DNA of 64,000 bases, taken from positions 64,001-128,000 of the forward strand of contig JANOQI010000062.1 in assembly GCA_031414775.1 (NCBI GenBank), given 5' to 3'. Positions 41,389 to 51,622 of the stretch are shown one piece after another. The translations under genes and the position numbers were made by a program. This stretch comes from Synechococcales cyanobacterium VAR_4_metabat_354. Lineage in GTDB: Bacteria; Cyanobacteriota; Cyanobacteriia; Cyanobacteriales; Chamaesiphonaceae. The notes beneath the pieces are model-generated. The model saw only the letters and a list, made by a program, of their open reading frames with translations, did not search any database and was not told the origin of the DNA. Numbering within the stretch: position 1 is the first letter of the stretch; every line of letters starts with the position of its first letter.

Positions 41389-42498
41389 ATGAGCCAACCA
41401 ACATCAATTGTTAGGCAGCGGGTAAGATTTGAAGAGGTAACTCTGGCGAATGATTGTGTGGCATTCTTCGATGCTGCGCTCGAATCTTTAGCCGCCCATT
41501 TGGGTTTACCTATCTATGAAAGCTATGACGATCAAGATGACTTGTGGTTAGCTTTCTTTACGTTGCAATCTGGGGAGACGGTTGCACTGGGAGAGTACCT
41601 CAATTCTCCCCAGCCGGGAACCTCTTTGTATGTGAATTCTGCAATGCAGAATATCCCTCAGATTGTTTTTGCTAGTTGTCAGCAGCTGCAAGTATGGCGA
41701 AATGTTGTTTGGTTCCATCCTGATTTTCTGAAGGATATTAAGCAATTGTATGAATCACATACCGAGATTAAGCCCAGCCACAGCTACACAAACGCAAAAA
41801 GACAGAAATTACCACAGCTAGAAAAATTACCACAGAGCCATTGGTATGAAACGATCGATTGCTTCCATCATGCACTGCGAATTTATCCTAAGCAAGAGTT
41901 TCCTCAGTATTGGGCAATGCTGCAACACAATCTCGGCTTGGCTTATGCCGATCGGATCCAAGGCTATAAGTTGAGGAATTTGAAGCAATCGATCGATTGC
42001 TTCAACAAGTCTCTAGAAATTTATACCCAGAAAGACTTCCCAGAGAAATGGGAGCTAAATCAGCGTAGCTTGCGAAAATCTCAGCAATCTTTGGAGTTGT
42101 TGCAGAAGCAGAGTTTAGTCAAAGATATTTTTGAGCAACCAACTCCAGAGCAAAACTTGAAAGGTATCAATCTGAGTGGGGCTGATCTGAGTGGTACCAA
42201 CTTAAAAGATACCGATCTGAGCGGTGCTGACCTCAGACTGGCCAATTTGAGACTTTCCGATCTGAGTGGGGCTGATCTGAGTGGTGCCGACCTCAGCGGT
42301 ACCAACCTGAGTGGTACTAACTTGAGGTTTGCCGATCTAAGTGGTGCCAGCCTGAGCAGTGCCAACGTAATGAGGGCGAGATTTGGATATGGCCGAGGAA
42401 TTTCTGAATCGGTGAAGGAAGATTTGATTACCAGAGGAGCCATTTTTGATGATTCTTCAGGCGATCGATGGGCTTCTGAAAACCTAGTTCCTCGCTAG
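41389..42498 (+). CDS. chimeric protein: unknown N-domain + TPR-like repeats + pentapeptide repeats
   Basis: FPQYWAMLQHNLGLAY TPR-like repeat; (A/T)(D/N)LSG repeats. Confidence 0.85.
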   Translation: MSQPTSIVRQRVRFEEVTLANDCVAFFDAALESLAAHLGLPIYESYDDQDDLWLAFFTLQSGETVALGEYLNSPQPGTSLYVNSAMQNIPQIVFASCQQLQVWRNVVWFHPDFLKDIKQLYESHTEIKPSHSYTNAKRQKLPQLEKLPQSHWYETIDCFHHALRIYPKQEFPQYWAMLQHNLGLAYADRIQGYKLRNLKQSIDCFNKSLEIYTQKDFPEKWELNQRSLRKSQQSLELLQKQSLVKDIFEQPTPEQNLKGINLSGADLSGTNLKDTDLSGADLRLANLRLSDLSGADLSGADLSGTNLSGTNLRFADLSGASLSSANVMRARFGYGRGISESVKEDLITRGAIFDDSSGDRWASENLVPR

Positions 42499-42550
42499 CT
42501 GCGAACAAAAATCATAGATCCCATCAATTATGGTTAGGCTATTAAACAAA

Positions 42551-42687
42551 TCATTTACTGGTCTTATTTAAAGCTAACTTTGTAGATCTAATTAAAAACC
42601 TGAGCGCTTCATTCACAGCATCAGCATTAGGAAACATTCAGCTGCATCAGGCTCTAACCTTACATTTACCTCAGCGAAATTTTTTCG
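42551..42687 (-). pseudogene. truncated, frameshifted small antitoxin-like gene remnant
   Basis: RKNFAEVNVRLEPDAAE / one-base shift / MFPNADAVNEALRFLIR...; 5' end missing. Confidence 0.6.
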
Positions 42688-42691
42688 TCAT

Positions 42692-43825
42692 TTAACCTAC
42701 TGACTCACAAGCTTTCTCAGCCAAATCTATTTCCTGTTGCCGCATCTCCTCGATCGATCTCACAATCACCGCTCGACTATTTTGATCCAGAGCATACTCC
42801 CTGAGCCATTGCTGCGCTGTATTTCCTGTCGTCAAAATCTTCTGCACCGGCGTTAAGAAACACTTAAAGCCCTGCGTCTCAGCAAAATTAGTCACATCAG
42901 TATAAATTTCTTGAATCCAATCACTAGCAGTGATCAGCCGACCATCCTGCCAATGTTGCAGCGTCGCCTCTAGGCTAGATCTGGCAGCGGCATCTTCGTT
43001 AGCATTAGTAATATCTACCAACTCCGCTGGCGTAAACTTACTACTCACTAATGGATCGAGATCCAGATTAGCCATCAACTGCCAAATTCGGGCTTCTAGC
43101 AAAGCCGTGACAGCTAGTAAGGCGATCGGATCGATAATCAAATCACAAACTCTTAGCTCCAGCCGATTGAGTTCGTAAGGACGGCGCTCACCATTGGGGC
43201 GCACCGAAGACCACAAATGCCGCACATTTTGCATGGTGCCGATCTTGAGCTGTTCTTCTGTCCAATCAATAAAATGCTGATGACTAGTGAATAGGGGCAC
43301 CTGGGCGGGCGTTTTGGGAAACATCCCCCAGCGGGTGGAGTGATAAGCGGTGGGCTGGCCATCCAAAAAGGGAGAAGAGGCGCTCAAGGCCAAGTATAGC
43401 GGCGCTTCCACTCGCACCAACCGACAAGCCCGCAGCAATAATTCTGGGTCGGCAATGCCGACATTGATATGCACACTGGCCGTTACTACATTGGTACCGT
43501 AGGTCTGCTCAATAAAAGTATGGTAAGGATGATTGGGATCCGATCGCATGAACTTTTCGCGACCACCTAAAGACAGGGTACTACCAGGAATCAGGGTGTA
43601 GTTACCCAATTGCTGAAGATATGCCCGCAACCGCTGCCGAGGTTTCAGTAAAGCACAAAGCAATTGCTCATAATCGGGCAAAGGATCAGTCACATATTCC
43701 ACATTACGGCTGTCTGGCTCAGTCATATAGCCATCTAAGTCCGCCACAATACGATTGGATAACCCCACCACATCTCCCGCTGGAGTGCCTGTATAAACCT
43801 CAATTTCAAAGCCTTTTAGCAGCAC
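42692..43825 (-). CDS. gshA: glutamate--cysteine ligase (cyanobacterial type)
   Basis: LLKGFEIE, EPDSRNVEY, TASVHINVG, HLWSSVRPNG, NRLELRVCD. Confidence 0.93.
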   Translation of the reverse strand: MLLKGFEIEVYTGTPAGDVVGLSNRIVADLDGYMTEPDSRNVEYVTDPLPDYEQLLCALLKPRQRLRAYLQQLGNYTLIPGSTLSLGGREKFMRSDPNHPYHTFIEQTYGTNVVTASVHINVGIADPELLLRACRLVRVEAPLYLALSASSPFLDGQPTAYHSTRWGMFPKTPAQVPLFTSHQHFIDWTEEQLKIGTMQNVRHLWSSVRPNGERRPYELNRLELRVCDLIIDPIALLAVTALLEARIWQLMANLDLDPLVSSKFTPAELVDITNANEDAAARSSLEATLQHWQDGRLITASDWIQEIYTDVTNFAETQGFKCFLTPVQKILTTGNTAQQWLREYALDQNSRAVIVRSIEEMRQQEIDLAEKACESVG

Positions 43826-43908
43826 GGTACAAATAGGTAAAGGACAACTAGCGTTTAATTATCGCTCTACGATCATAAACGACAATTTAAAGATTGATGG
43901 TGCAGACA

Positions 43909-46110
43909 TTACTCCATTTGTACCAACCGACGCACGTTCAATACGTCATGCATCTGCTTCACCTGACTAATGCAGCGTTCTAACTGCGATTTATCGACCA
44001 CTTCCACACACAGATCTAGCATCACAGGCATCGATCTATTATCGGCAATTACCTTGGCCTGCCTGACATTCACCTTGTTATCGCTTAAGCGTGATAGCAC
44101 ATCTCGGAGAACGCCCACTCGATCGACTACTTCCACCTGGATAGAAACAACATAGCTGCGCGGGGAGCCAACTTGCTTGGCCTTATTCCAACTGATCGGA
44201 ATCACTCGATCACCATCAATACTATCGAGATTCGGGCAACCCTGACGATGTACCGAAATACCGTTTAATCTGGTCACCACCCCAATAATTGGCTCATCTG
44301 GAATCGGATTGCAGCAGCCAGCTAAATGATGCAATAAACCTTCAATTCCCAAAATCGGGAAATCGCCATCTGGAGTAGCTGTGGTAGATTTCTTGGGCAA
44401 TAATAGCTCAGTTACATCCTCATCTACAGTCGTTTTTACCACTTCCCGAATCCGATTCACCACATGGTTAAGCGTGATTTCGCCATAACCCATCCCCGCT
44501 AACAAATCTTCAGCGGTTTGATAATTGCACTTCTGCGCCACTCCCTGAAGCGGCTCAGACTTCAGCAGAGCATCCAAACCACTTTTGCCCAGTTCTTTTT
44601 CCAGCATTTCCCGACCCCGCGCCACATTCTCATCGCGATGGGAGCGTTTATACCACTGGGTAATCCGGTTTTTGGCAGCGGTGGTGGCCACAAAATTCAG
44701 CCAGTCCAAACTAGGGCGACTGCTTTCCTTGGTCATCACTTCTACAATGTCGCCATTCCGCACCAGGCTGGATAAGGGCACCATTCGACCGTTGATTTTG
44801 GCTCCGGCACAGTGGTTGCCCACTTCGGTATGAATCCGGTAGGCAAAATCAACAGTCGTAGCGCCCTGGCGTAACGAAACCACCTCGCCCTTAGGAGTGA
44901 AAACATACACATCATGATCAAGGAGCTGATCGGTCAGATTACCTTTGACGTTTTGCAAGTATTCTTGGGCATCTTTGACATCGTTCTGCCATTCCAACAA
45001 CTGGCGTAGCCAGGTAAACTTTTCATCGGTTTGTTGACCATTGCTAGCTTCTTTGTATTTCCAGTGGGCGGCAATCCCGTATTCGGCCACCCGATGCATT
45101 TCCAGGGTGCGAATTTGGATCTCGACTGGCGAATTAGCAATCCCTAGCACCGTGGTGTGCAGAGACTGATAACAGTTCGGTTTAGGCAAACCAATATAGT
45201 CTTTAAAGCGGCCAGGAATGGGCTTAAAGGCATCGTGAACTTCGGCCAAGGCATGATAGCAATCGGTTTTGCTGTTGACGATAATCCGCACAGCAGTCAG
45301 GTCAAAGATTTCACTAAAATCTTTTTTCTGGCGGCTCATTTTTTGATAAATGCTGTAGAGATGCTTGGGACGACCACTCACTTCAAAAAATTGAATCCCG
45401 GATTCTTGTAGACGGTGGCGGAGTCGTTCGATCGTATTCGCAATATTGTTTTCCCGAACGGTGCGGGTTTCCTTGACAAGATCTTGAATACGGCGATAGT
45501 CTTGGGGTTCGATATATTTGAAGGCTAAATCTTCTAGTTCCCACTTGATCCGGCCTAAGCCTAAACGATTGGCTAAGGGAGCAAAAATATCTCTAGTTTC
45601 TTGGGCAATTAGGCGTTGCTTGTCTTCCGGCATGTGTTCGAGGGTTTGCATATTGTGCAACCGATCGGCCAGTTTCACTACAATCACCCGAATATCTTGA
45701 GCCATAGCCAAAAACATCCGCCGAAAGTTTTCGGCTTGCTGTTCTTTCTTACTAGAGAAGTTAAACTTGGAAAGCTTGGTTACCCCTTCGACTAAATGTC
45801 TAGTTTCAGCACCGAATAATTTTTCAATATCTTCGACAGTAATTTCTTCAACATCTTCTACAATATCGTGCAGAAAGCCCGCTGCAATCATGGCCGGGGC
45901 ACCACCCAGGTTATAGAGAATATCAGCCACAGCGACCGGATGGTTGATATAAGGCTCCCCAGATTTGCGGAACTGACCAACATGATGCTCACGCGCAAAG
46001 GTATAGGCTGCATACATCAACTGCTCTTCTGGAACATCGGAAGTTTTACAGGCAGCTAACCAGCCAGGCAGAGTGGGGGCGGCAGTTTTAACAGATTTAG
46101 AAGAAATCAT
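43909..46110 (-). CDS. spoT: bifunctional (p)ppGpp synthetase/hydrolase
   Basis: RKSGEPY..HP, LHDIVED, KLADRLHNM, GRPKHLYSIY, YQSLHT, TGS and ACT domains. Confidence 0.96.
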   Translation of the reverse strand: MISSKSVKTAAPTLPGWLAACKTSDVPEEQLMYAAYTFAREHHVGQFRKSGEPYINHPVAVADILYNLGGAPAMIAAGFLHDIVEDVEEITVEDIEKLFGAETRHLVEGVTKLSKFNFSSKKEQQAENFRRMFLAMAQDIRVIVVKLADRLHNMQTLEHMPEDKQRLIAQETRDIFAPLANRLGLGRIKWELEDLAFKYIEPQDYRRIQDLVKETRTVRENNIANTIERLRHRLQESGIQFFEVSGRPKHLYSIYQKMSRQKKDFSEIFDLTAVRIIVNSKTDCYHALAEVHDAFKPIPGRFKDYIGLPKPNCYQSLHTTVLGIANSPVEIQIRTLEMHRVAEYGIAAHWKYKEASNGQQTDEKFTWLRQLLEWQNDVKDAQEYLQNVKGNLTDQLLDHDVYVFTPKGEVVSLRQGATTVDFAYRIHTEVGNHCAGAKINGRMVPLSSLVRNGDIVEVMTKESSRPSLDWLNFVATTAAKNRITQWYKRSHRDENVARGREMLEKELGKSGLDALLKSEPLQGVAQKCNYQTAEDLLAGMGYGEITLNHVVNRIREVVKTTVDEDVTELLLPKKSTTATPDGDFPILGIEGLLHHLAGCCNPIPDEPIIGVVTRLNGISVHRQGCPNLDSIDGDRVIPISWNKAKQVGSPRSYVVSIQVEVVDRVGVLRDVLSRLSDNKVNVRQAKVIADNRSMPVMLDLCVEVVDKSQLERCISQVKQMHDVLNVRRLVQME

Positions 46111-46225
46111 GGTGGCGCAGACAGAATCTAGAGTATATATTCTATCTACTGACTGGAGTTTTGGGGGGGATTTTGGATGACAACGACATCATTCGATATG
46201 TTACCCTGTCTCCCTAGAAATAATC

Positions 46226-46609
46226 ATGGCTGAACTAATGGAAATCACCCTAATCTGGCAGCACTTTCAGGAATTAGTCTTGACCTTGCAGCAACCCTTC
46301 AGTGAGGAATTAGCATTAACGCCGCTGCAAATTACTCAGTTTTATGGTGCGATCGATACTTATTTTCAGCACCAGATCATGGCTGCACCCGAATGTCCAT
46401 TGCCTCCGGCCATTGCTGGAAAAATGCGATCGTACACTACCGAAATTCATCGCCTACTCAAGTTAATCCAGCGCGATTTAATTTTTTGGCAAAGTGCCAG
46501 CCAGCCAGCTACTAAAGCTCAACGTCAAACAGATATCTGGAGCAAACTAAATTTAGTCATGCAGTTTGTTCGATCGATGATTGAGGAATTGAGGAATGCT
46601 AGTAGCTAG
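46226..46609 (+). CDS. patD: PatD family protein
   Basis: SYTTEIHRLLKLIQRDLIFWQSASQPAT; divergent from rel/spoT as usual in cyanobacteria. Confidence 0.75.
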   Translation: MAELMEITLIWQHFQELVLTLQQPFSEELALTPLQITQFYGAIDTYFQHQIMAAPECPLPPAIAGKMRSYTTEIHRLLKLIQRDLIFWQSASQPATKAQRQTDIWSKLNLVMQFVRSMIEELRNASS

Positions 46610-46710
46610 TGAAGTATGCCCACAACCCAATAGAAGAAAACAACATACGGCTAGCTGGCAACGGTGTGGGTTATTGTAGAAATAGCAAAGAAATTAGCTT
46701 CGGGGTAATC

Positions 46711-47955
46711 ATGCAAGTCAGCCTACAATCGCTCCTCAGCGATCCAAACATTGATGCTCAGCAGAATAGTAACCAACGGCAACTTTCTATTTCGATCGCC
46801 GCTGTCACTGAGACCACCAATCAGCGACAGTTGCCCTTAAACCTGTGTTTGGTGATCGATTGCAGTGGCTCCATGAAAGGTGTGCCCTTAGAAACTGTTA
46901 AGCAAGCAGCTCACCAGCTGATTTCTCAACTTAATCCTCACGATCATATTTCCGTAGTGTCTTTCGACCATCAGGCCAAGGTAGTAGTGGCCAATCAATT
47001 GGTAGCTGAAGGTCGGGATGAGATTTTAGCCAAAATTAGTAGCTTGGAAGCCAAAGGTGGCACATCGATCGATGAAGGCATCAAACTCGGTATTAAAGAA
47101 ATGGTGGCCGCTGGTACCGAAGCCATCTCCCAAGCTTTTGTCTTAACTGATGGTGAAAATGAACATGGCGATAACACCCGCTGCATCAAGTTGGCCGAGT
47201 TTGCCACCGAGAGCAAAATCACACTCAATACTCTGGGGTTTGGCGAACACTGGAACCAAAACATCCTGGAAAAAATTGCTGACGTGGGAGCGGGCATCTT
47301 AGCCTACATCGAAAAACCAGAGAAAGCCCTAACCGAGTTTGGCCGCATCTTCAGCCGGATTCAATCGGTGGGCTTAAGCAATGCCTACTTACAAATTGAG
47401 TTGTCGCCAAAGGTGCGCTTAGCTGAATTAAAGCCCATCGCCCAGGTCGCCCCCGAGACAATCGAACTCCCAGTGCAAACCGAAGGAGACAAATACTTAG
47501 TCCGATTGGGGGATTTGATGACCGACACTGCCCGTGTGATTTTGGTGAACACCTACGTTGGTCAACTACCTGTGGGGCAACAGTCGATCGCTAACTTGCG
47601 GGTGGTCTATGATGACCCAGCCACCGGTCACAATAGTATCTGGTCAGATCCGTTGTTAGTGGAAGCAAGTGTAGTCAATAACTGGCAGGCTCAACCTAAT
47701 GCCAACGTTCAGCAAGACACTCTGGCCTTAGCCAAATATCGTCAAACCCAGATGGCCGAGCAAAAGCTCCAGCAAGGCGACAGGTCAGGAGCTGCCACCA
47801 TGTTACAAACAGCCGCCAAGACAGCTCTCCAGATGGGGGATACTGGCGGTGCTACCATCTTACAAACCAGTGCAACTCAGCTGCAAGCCGGTGAAGAGCT
47901 TTCCGAAAGTGACAAAAAGAAAACTCGGATTGTATCCAAAACCATTTTGCAGTAA
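46711..47955 (+). CDS. vWA domain protein
   Basis: LPLNLCLVIDCSGSM, GGTSI, LTDGENEHG, TLGFG. Confidence 0.9.
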   Translation: MQVSLQSLLSDPNIDAQQNSNQRQLSISIAAVTETTNQRQLPLNLCLVIDCSGSMKGVPLETVKQAAHQLISQLNPHDHISVVSFDHQAKVVVANQLVAEGRDEILAKISSLEAKGGTSIDEGIKLGIKEMVAAGTEAISQAFVLTDGENEHGDNTRCIKLAEFATESKITLNTLGFGEHWNQNILEKIADVGAGILAYIEKPEKALTEFGRIFSRIQSVGLSNAYLQIELSPKVRLAELKPIAQVAPETIELPVQTEGDKYLVRLGDLMTDTARVILVNTYVGQLPVGQQSIANLRVVYDDPATGHNSIWSDPLLVEASVVNNWQAQPNANVQQDTLALAKYRQTQMAEQKLQQGDRSGAATMLQTAAKTALQMGDTGGATILQTSATQLQAGEELSESDKKKTRIVSKTILQ

Positions 47956-48062
47956 GCTTTTTGCAGATAATGTCTACGAAAAGGCAAAGTTCCAGAGCTA
48001 AACCTTATATAATTGTAAAGATTATTTGAGCAGCCAAATTTATTAAGGAAAATGTAACCGCT

Positions 48063-49226
48063 ATGGGTCGTCTTGGGGTTTTACTATTAAATTTAGGTGG
48101 GCCAGAGCAGCTCTCTGATGTTCGGCCTTTTCTATTCAACCTCTTTTCCGATCCAGAGATTATCCGGTTGCCGATTCCGGCGCTGCAAAAGCCATTGGCT
48201 TGGCTGATTGCTACGAGTAGATTTAAAAAGTCGCGAGCCAATTACGAGAAAATTGGTGGCGGCTCACCACTGCGCCGGATTACCGAAGAACAGGCCAGAG
48301 CACTTGAAGTACAGCTACAAAGTCGCGGCTCTGATGCCAAAGTGTATATTGGTATGCGTTACTGGAAGCCCTTTACCGAGGAAGCTCTCCAACAGATTAA
48401 GCAAGATGGCATTGAAGAGCTGGTTATTTTGCCGCTCTACCCCCAATTTTCTATTAGTACCAGCGGTTCTAGCTTTCGCTTAATTGATAAGATTTGGCAG
48501 AACCAACCCAGCTTGAAGCCAGCTAAATACACTGTGGTTTCCTCTTGGTTCGATCGACCGGGCTACTTGCGATCGATGGCCGAACTAATTACCAAAGAAA
48601 TAGACAAATGTCCTAATCCCGCAGAGGCTAGAGTATTCTTTAGCGCCCACGGCGTGCCCACTACCTACGTGACTGAAGGCGGCGACCCCTATCAAGCAGA
48701 GATCGAGCAGTGCGCAGCTCTAATTATGCAAACCCTGAACCGTCCTAACGAATACACATTGGCCTACCAGAGCAAAGTAGGACCAGTAGAATGGCTGCAA
48801 CCTTACACAGAAGACGCGATCAAGGATTTAGCTACTCAGGGCATTAAAGACTTGGTGGTAGTGCCTATTAGTTTTGTCTCCGAGCATATTGAAACCTTGG
48901 AAGAAATCGATATTGAGTATCGAGAGTTGGCCGAAGAAGCTGGCATTCATACCTTTAATCGGGTACCTGCCCTAGATACTTATCCTAACTTCATCACTAC
49001 GTTAGTAGACCTCGTGTTGGAAGCTGCCGCAGCACCCAGCTTAGAGCTGTCTCAGGTGCCGCAAATGCTGCGAAATACCAAGATGTATCCCCAAGAAAAA
49101 TGGGAATGGGGTCTCACCACTGCGGCGGAAGTATGGAATGGTCGGATGGCCATGTTGGGATTTTTAGGGCTAATAGCGGAGATTTTAACTGGCCAAGGAC
49201 CACTGCATTTTCTGGGTATTTTGTAG
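48063..49226 (+). CDS. hemH: ferrochelatase with C-terminal CAB domain
   Basis: [43 protein letters not shown]. Confidence 0.97.
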   Translation: MGRLGVLLLNLGGPEQLSDVRPFLFNLFSDPEIIRLPIPALQKPLAWLIATSRFKKSRANYEKIGGGSPLRRITEEQARALEVQLQSRGSDAKVYIGMRYWKPFTEEALQQIKQDGIEELVILPLYPQFSISTSGSSFRLIDKIWQNQPSLKPAKYTVVSSWFDRPGYLRSMAELITKEIDKCPNPAEARVFFSAHGVPTTYVTEGGDPYQAEIEQCAALIMQTLNRPNEYTLAYQSKVGPVEWLQPYTEDAIKDLATQGIKDLVVVPISFVSEHIETLEEIDIEYRELAEEAGIHTFNRVPALDTYPNFITTLVDLVLEAAAAPSLELSQVPQMLRNTKMYPQEKWEWGLTTAAEVWNGRMAMLGFLGLIAEILTGQGPLHFLGIL

Positions 49227-49236
49227 TCGTAAAATT

Positions 49237-49265
49237 GCCTGAGAGAGTCAAAATCGCTCTCAGGC
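49237..49265. terminator. hairpin between convergent hemH and psbY
   Basis: GCCTGAGAG...CTCTCAGGC. Confidence 0.55.
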
Positions 49266-49272
49266 GTTACAT

Positions 49273-49395
49273 TTACTTGTCAGCCAATATGCCTTGAATC
49301 TGCTTCATAGCCGCCGGCAGAATAGTAATAACCGCCCAAGTCCCAGCAGCTAATACTGGTGCGACTACTATCAAAATGCGAAAATCGATATCCAT
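49273..49395 (-). CDS. psbY: photosystem II protein Y
   Basis: Hand-translated MDIDFRILIVVAPVLAAGTWAVITILPAAMKQIQGILADK*; AAGGA RBS. Confidence 0.88.
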   Translation of the reverse strand: MDIDFRILIVVAPVLAAGTWAVITILPAAMKQIQGILADK

Positions 49396-49586
49396 AAAAG
49401 TTTTCCTTTTAAAATAAGTCCATATTAATAAAAAATGTAGCAGATTTTGGAGAGAGAATGTGATGCGGATACTCTATCTATAATTCTAAACTGCACCAAC
49501 AACTTACGCTCCGCCCCCGGTCGATAATCCGAGTCTTAGTGCTGATACAATTTAATTTTGCCCACAAAGATTTAATCTGAACCTTT

Positions 49587-50279
49587 ATGAACGCCATTGA
49601 TGATAAAAGCGTAGTTAAAGAATACTTCAACAACACCGGGTTCGATCGATGGCAGCGGATCTATGGTGATGGTGATGTTAATCGGGTACAGCGCGATATC
49701 CGCACTGGCCATCAAAAAACTGTTGATACCTTGTTGGAATGGTTTAGGGCCGATGCGAACCTGCCAGGATTATCAATTTGCGATGCTGGTTGTGGCGTGG
49801 GTAGCCTTAGCATCCCGATGGCGCAGATGGGAGCGATCGTTAGTGCCAGTGATATTTCGGAGATGATGGTCGGGGAAGCCCAGAAAAAAGCTACTGAGAT
49901 TCTTGGAAATGGTGACAACCCGAAATTTGTCACCCAAGACCTAGAAAGTTTGACTGGCGAATACGACACAGTAGTTTGTTTAGACGTGTTAATTCATTAC
50001 CCCCAAGACAAAATCGCGGGGATGATTGAGCATTTGGTGGCGATGTCACAACGGCGTTTTATCATTAGCTTTGCACCTTTCACCTGCGCTCTGAGCATCA
50101 AGAAAAAAATCGGTGAATTTTTCCCTGGTCCCAGTAAAGCAACTCGCGCCTATCTACATAAAGAAGCAGAAATTGTGAAAATCTTAGAGGCTCAGGGCTT
50201 TATGATCGAACGTACCGCCATGACCAAAACCAATTTTTATTACTCCAGAATGCTGGAAGCCATCAAAAAACCAGCTTAG
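49587..50279 (+). CDS. chlM: Mg-protoporphyrin IX methyltransferase
   Basis: YFNNTGFDRWQRIYG, DAGCGVG, CLDVLIHYP, GPSKATRAY. Confidence 0.96.
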   Translation: MNAIDDKSVVKEYFNNTGFDRWQRIYGDGDVNRVQRDIRTGHQKTVDTLLEWFRADANLPGLSICDAGCGVGSLSIPMAQMGAIVSASDISEMMVGEAQKKATEILGNGDNPKFVTQDLESLTGEYDTVVCLDVLIHYPQDKIAGMIEHLVAMSQRRFIISFAPFTCALSIKKKIGEFFPGPSKATRAYLHKEAEIVKILEAQGFMIERTAMTKTNFYYSRMLEAIKKPA

Positions 50280-50289
50280 GAGCCATGTT

Positions 50290-50844
50290 ATGCCATCTTT
50301 TTTCTCAATTTGTCGCCGCGTTTTAATTATTGGCCTGTTATCGATCGCCCTGTGCTGGTCAGCGGCAACTCCGGCTCAAGCCGCGATCAATGACGATCGG
50401 TTTGATGGCAATATTTTTGTGTTGTATGCCGGGAATGGATCTTTGGTACCACCGCGTTTTGGTCTAGCTGATTCCCTCAAAACCAAGAAGCCAGCCGTGC
50501 TAGTTTTTTACCTCGATGATAGTAAGGATTGTAAGCAGTTTGCTGGGGTGGTTTCCCAACTCCAGGCTGACTATGGTCGAGCAGCTAGCCTGATTCCAGT
50601 TAGTGTGGATAGTTTAATTGATCAAAAGTATCCTAAAACCGAACCGGGCTATTACTATCGTGGCCAAATCCCGCAAACGGTAGTGCTGGATGAGACGGGA
50701 AAAGTGGTTTTCAATGAGGTTGGCAACACTAGCTTTGACAAAATTGATATTGCTTTACGTCAGGTGTTTAAGCGCCCGGCTCGGACTGGCAATAAGTTAG
50801 AGCAACGGAGCTTTAATGAATTCAATAGCGAAATGTCTAAATAG
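50290..50844 (+). CDS. thioredoxin-like thylakoid protein (PSI accumulation factor family)
   Basis: Signal peptide, DDRFDGNIFVLYAGNGSLVPP, DDSKDCKQ, RSFNEFNSE. Confidence 0.8.
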   Translation: MPSFFSICRRVLIIGLLSIALCWSAATPAQAAINDDRFDGNIFVLYAGNGSLVPPRFGLADSLKTKKPAVLVFYLDDSKDCKQFAGVVSQLQADYGRAASLIPVSVDSLIDQKYPKTEPGYYYRGQIPQTVVLDETGKVVFNEVGNTSFDKIDIALRQVFKRPARTGNKLEQRSFNEFNSEMSK

Positions 50845-50857
50845 AGGATCTGCCAGG

Positions 50858-50888
50858 TGAGCGGAACCCAGCAGCTAGGTTCCGCTCA
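50858..50888. terminator. hairpin between convergent genes
   Basis: TGAGCGGAACC...GGTTCCGCTCA 11-bp IR. Confidence 0.6.
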
Positions 50889-51542
50889 ATCTTGTGCAGA
50901 AGAATTTAAGCCTGTTTGCAATACCGATAAAACTTTCGCCATTTCTCCTGACAGCATTGCTTCCACTGCCAGCCATAATCCAGGGAATACTTGACTCTTA
51001 ATTACCCCATTTTGATCGGATGCCAGTCTTATATACTCGCCATTCTGGAGACTAAACCAATCTAGCTCTCGTTGCAAGGTACGCCATACCAGGTACTCTT
51101 GCACTCCATTGCGGCGATAGGCTTCTTTTTTGTCATGGAGATCGATCGAAACGGTACTGGCCGAAATTTCGACTACCAATTCAGGCGCACCGGCAATGTA
51201 GTCGTCTTCAGTGATAATTGCCCCTCTACCGGGCATAAATAGTACAGCATCAGGTTGAGGCTCATTGTCCATATCCAAGCGTACTGTTGGCTCAATGCCC
51301 ATGGTTACGCCATCTGTGACAAAAGCATAGTTGCCCAGCCAAACAACTAAGCTACCATGAGGTTGAGCGTGAGATTCAAAGCGTAGCGGCGAGGCCATGT
51401 ATACAATTCCTTCGATTAATTCAGCTTTGGGATTCCCTTTGGTTTGAGGCGGCATGGCCGTGTACCGCCGTTCAAATTCATAGCGGGTCAATCGATCGCC
51501 ATTTTCTAGCAGCGGAATAGTTTTTGATGAAGTGGTGGTCAT
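50886..51542 (-). CDS. Uma2 family endonuclease-like protein
   Basis: LENGDRLTRYEFERRY, AELIEG, PQPDA, PELVVEIS, GVQEY. Confidence 0.93.
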   Translation of the reverse strand: MTTTSSKTIPLLENGDRLTRYEFERRYTAMPPQTKGNPKAELIEGIVYMASPLRFESHAQPHGSLVVWLGNYAFVTDGVTMGIEPTVRLDMDNEPQPDAVLFMPGRGAIITEDDYIAGAPELVVEISASTVSIDLHDKKEAYRRNGVQEYLVWRTLQRELDWFSLQNGEYIRLASDQNGVIKSQVFPGLWLAVEAMLSGEMAKVLSVLQTGLNSSAQD

Positions 51543-51622
51543 AACTTATTTCTCCACGACTATTTGTAATTTTAAGTCTTTTGCTGAAGATCTGGCTGCC
51601 CGAATGCTTGTTGACTTTTAGA

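Noticed and set aside
42170..42365. 15-nt periodic repeats (GATCTGAGTGG...) resembling an array
   Set aside because: They encode pentapeptide repeats in frame; there are no unique spacers and no cas genes, so this is not CRISPR
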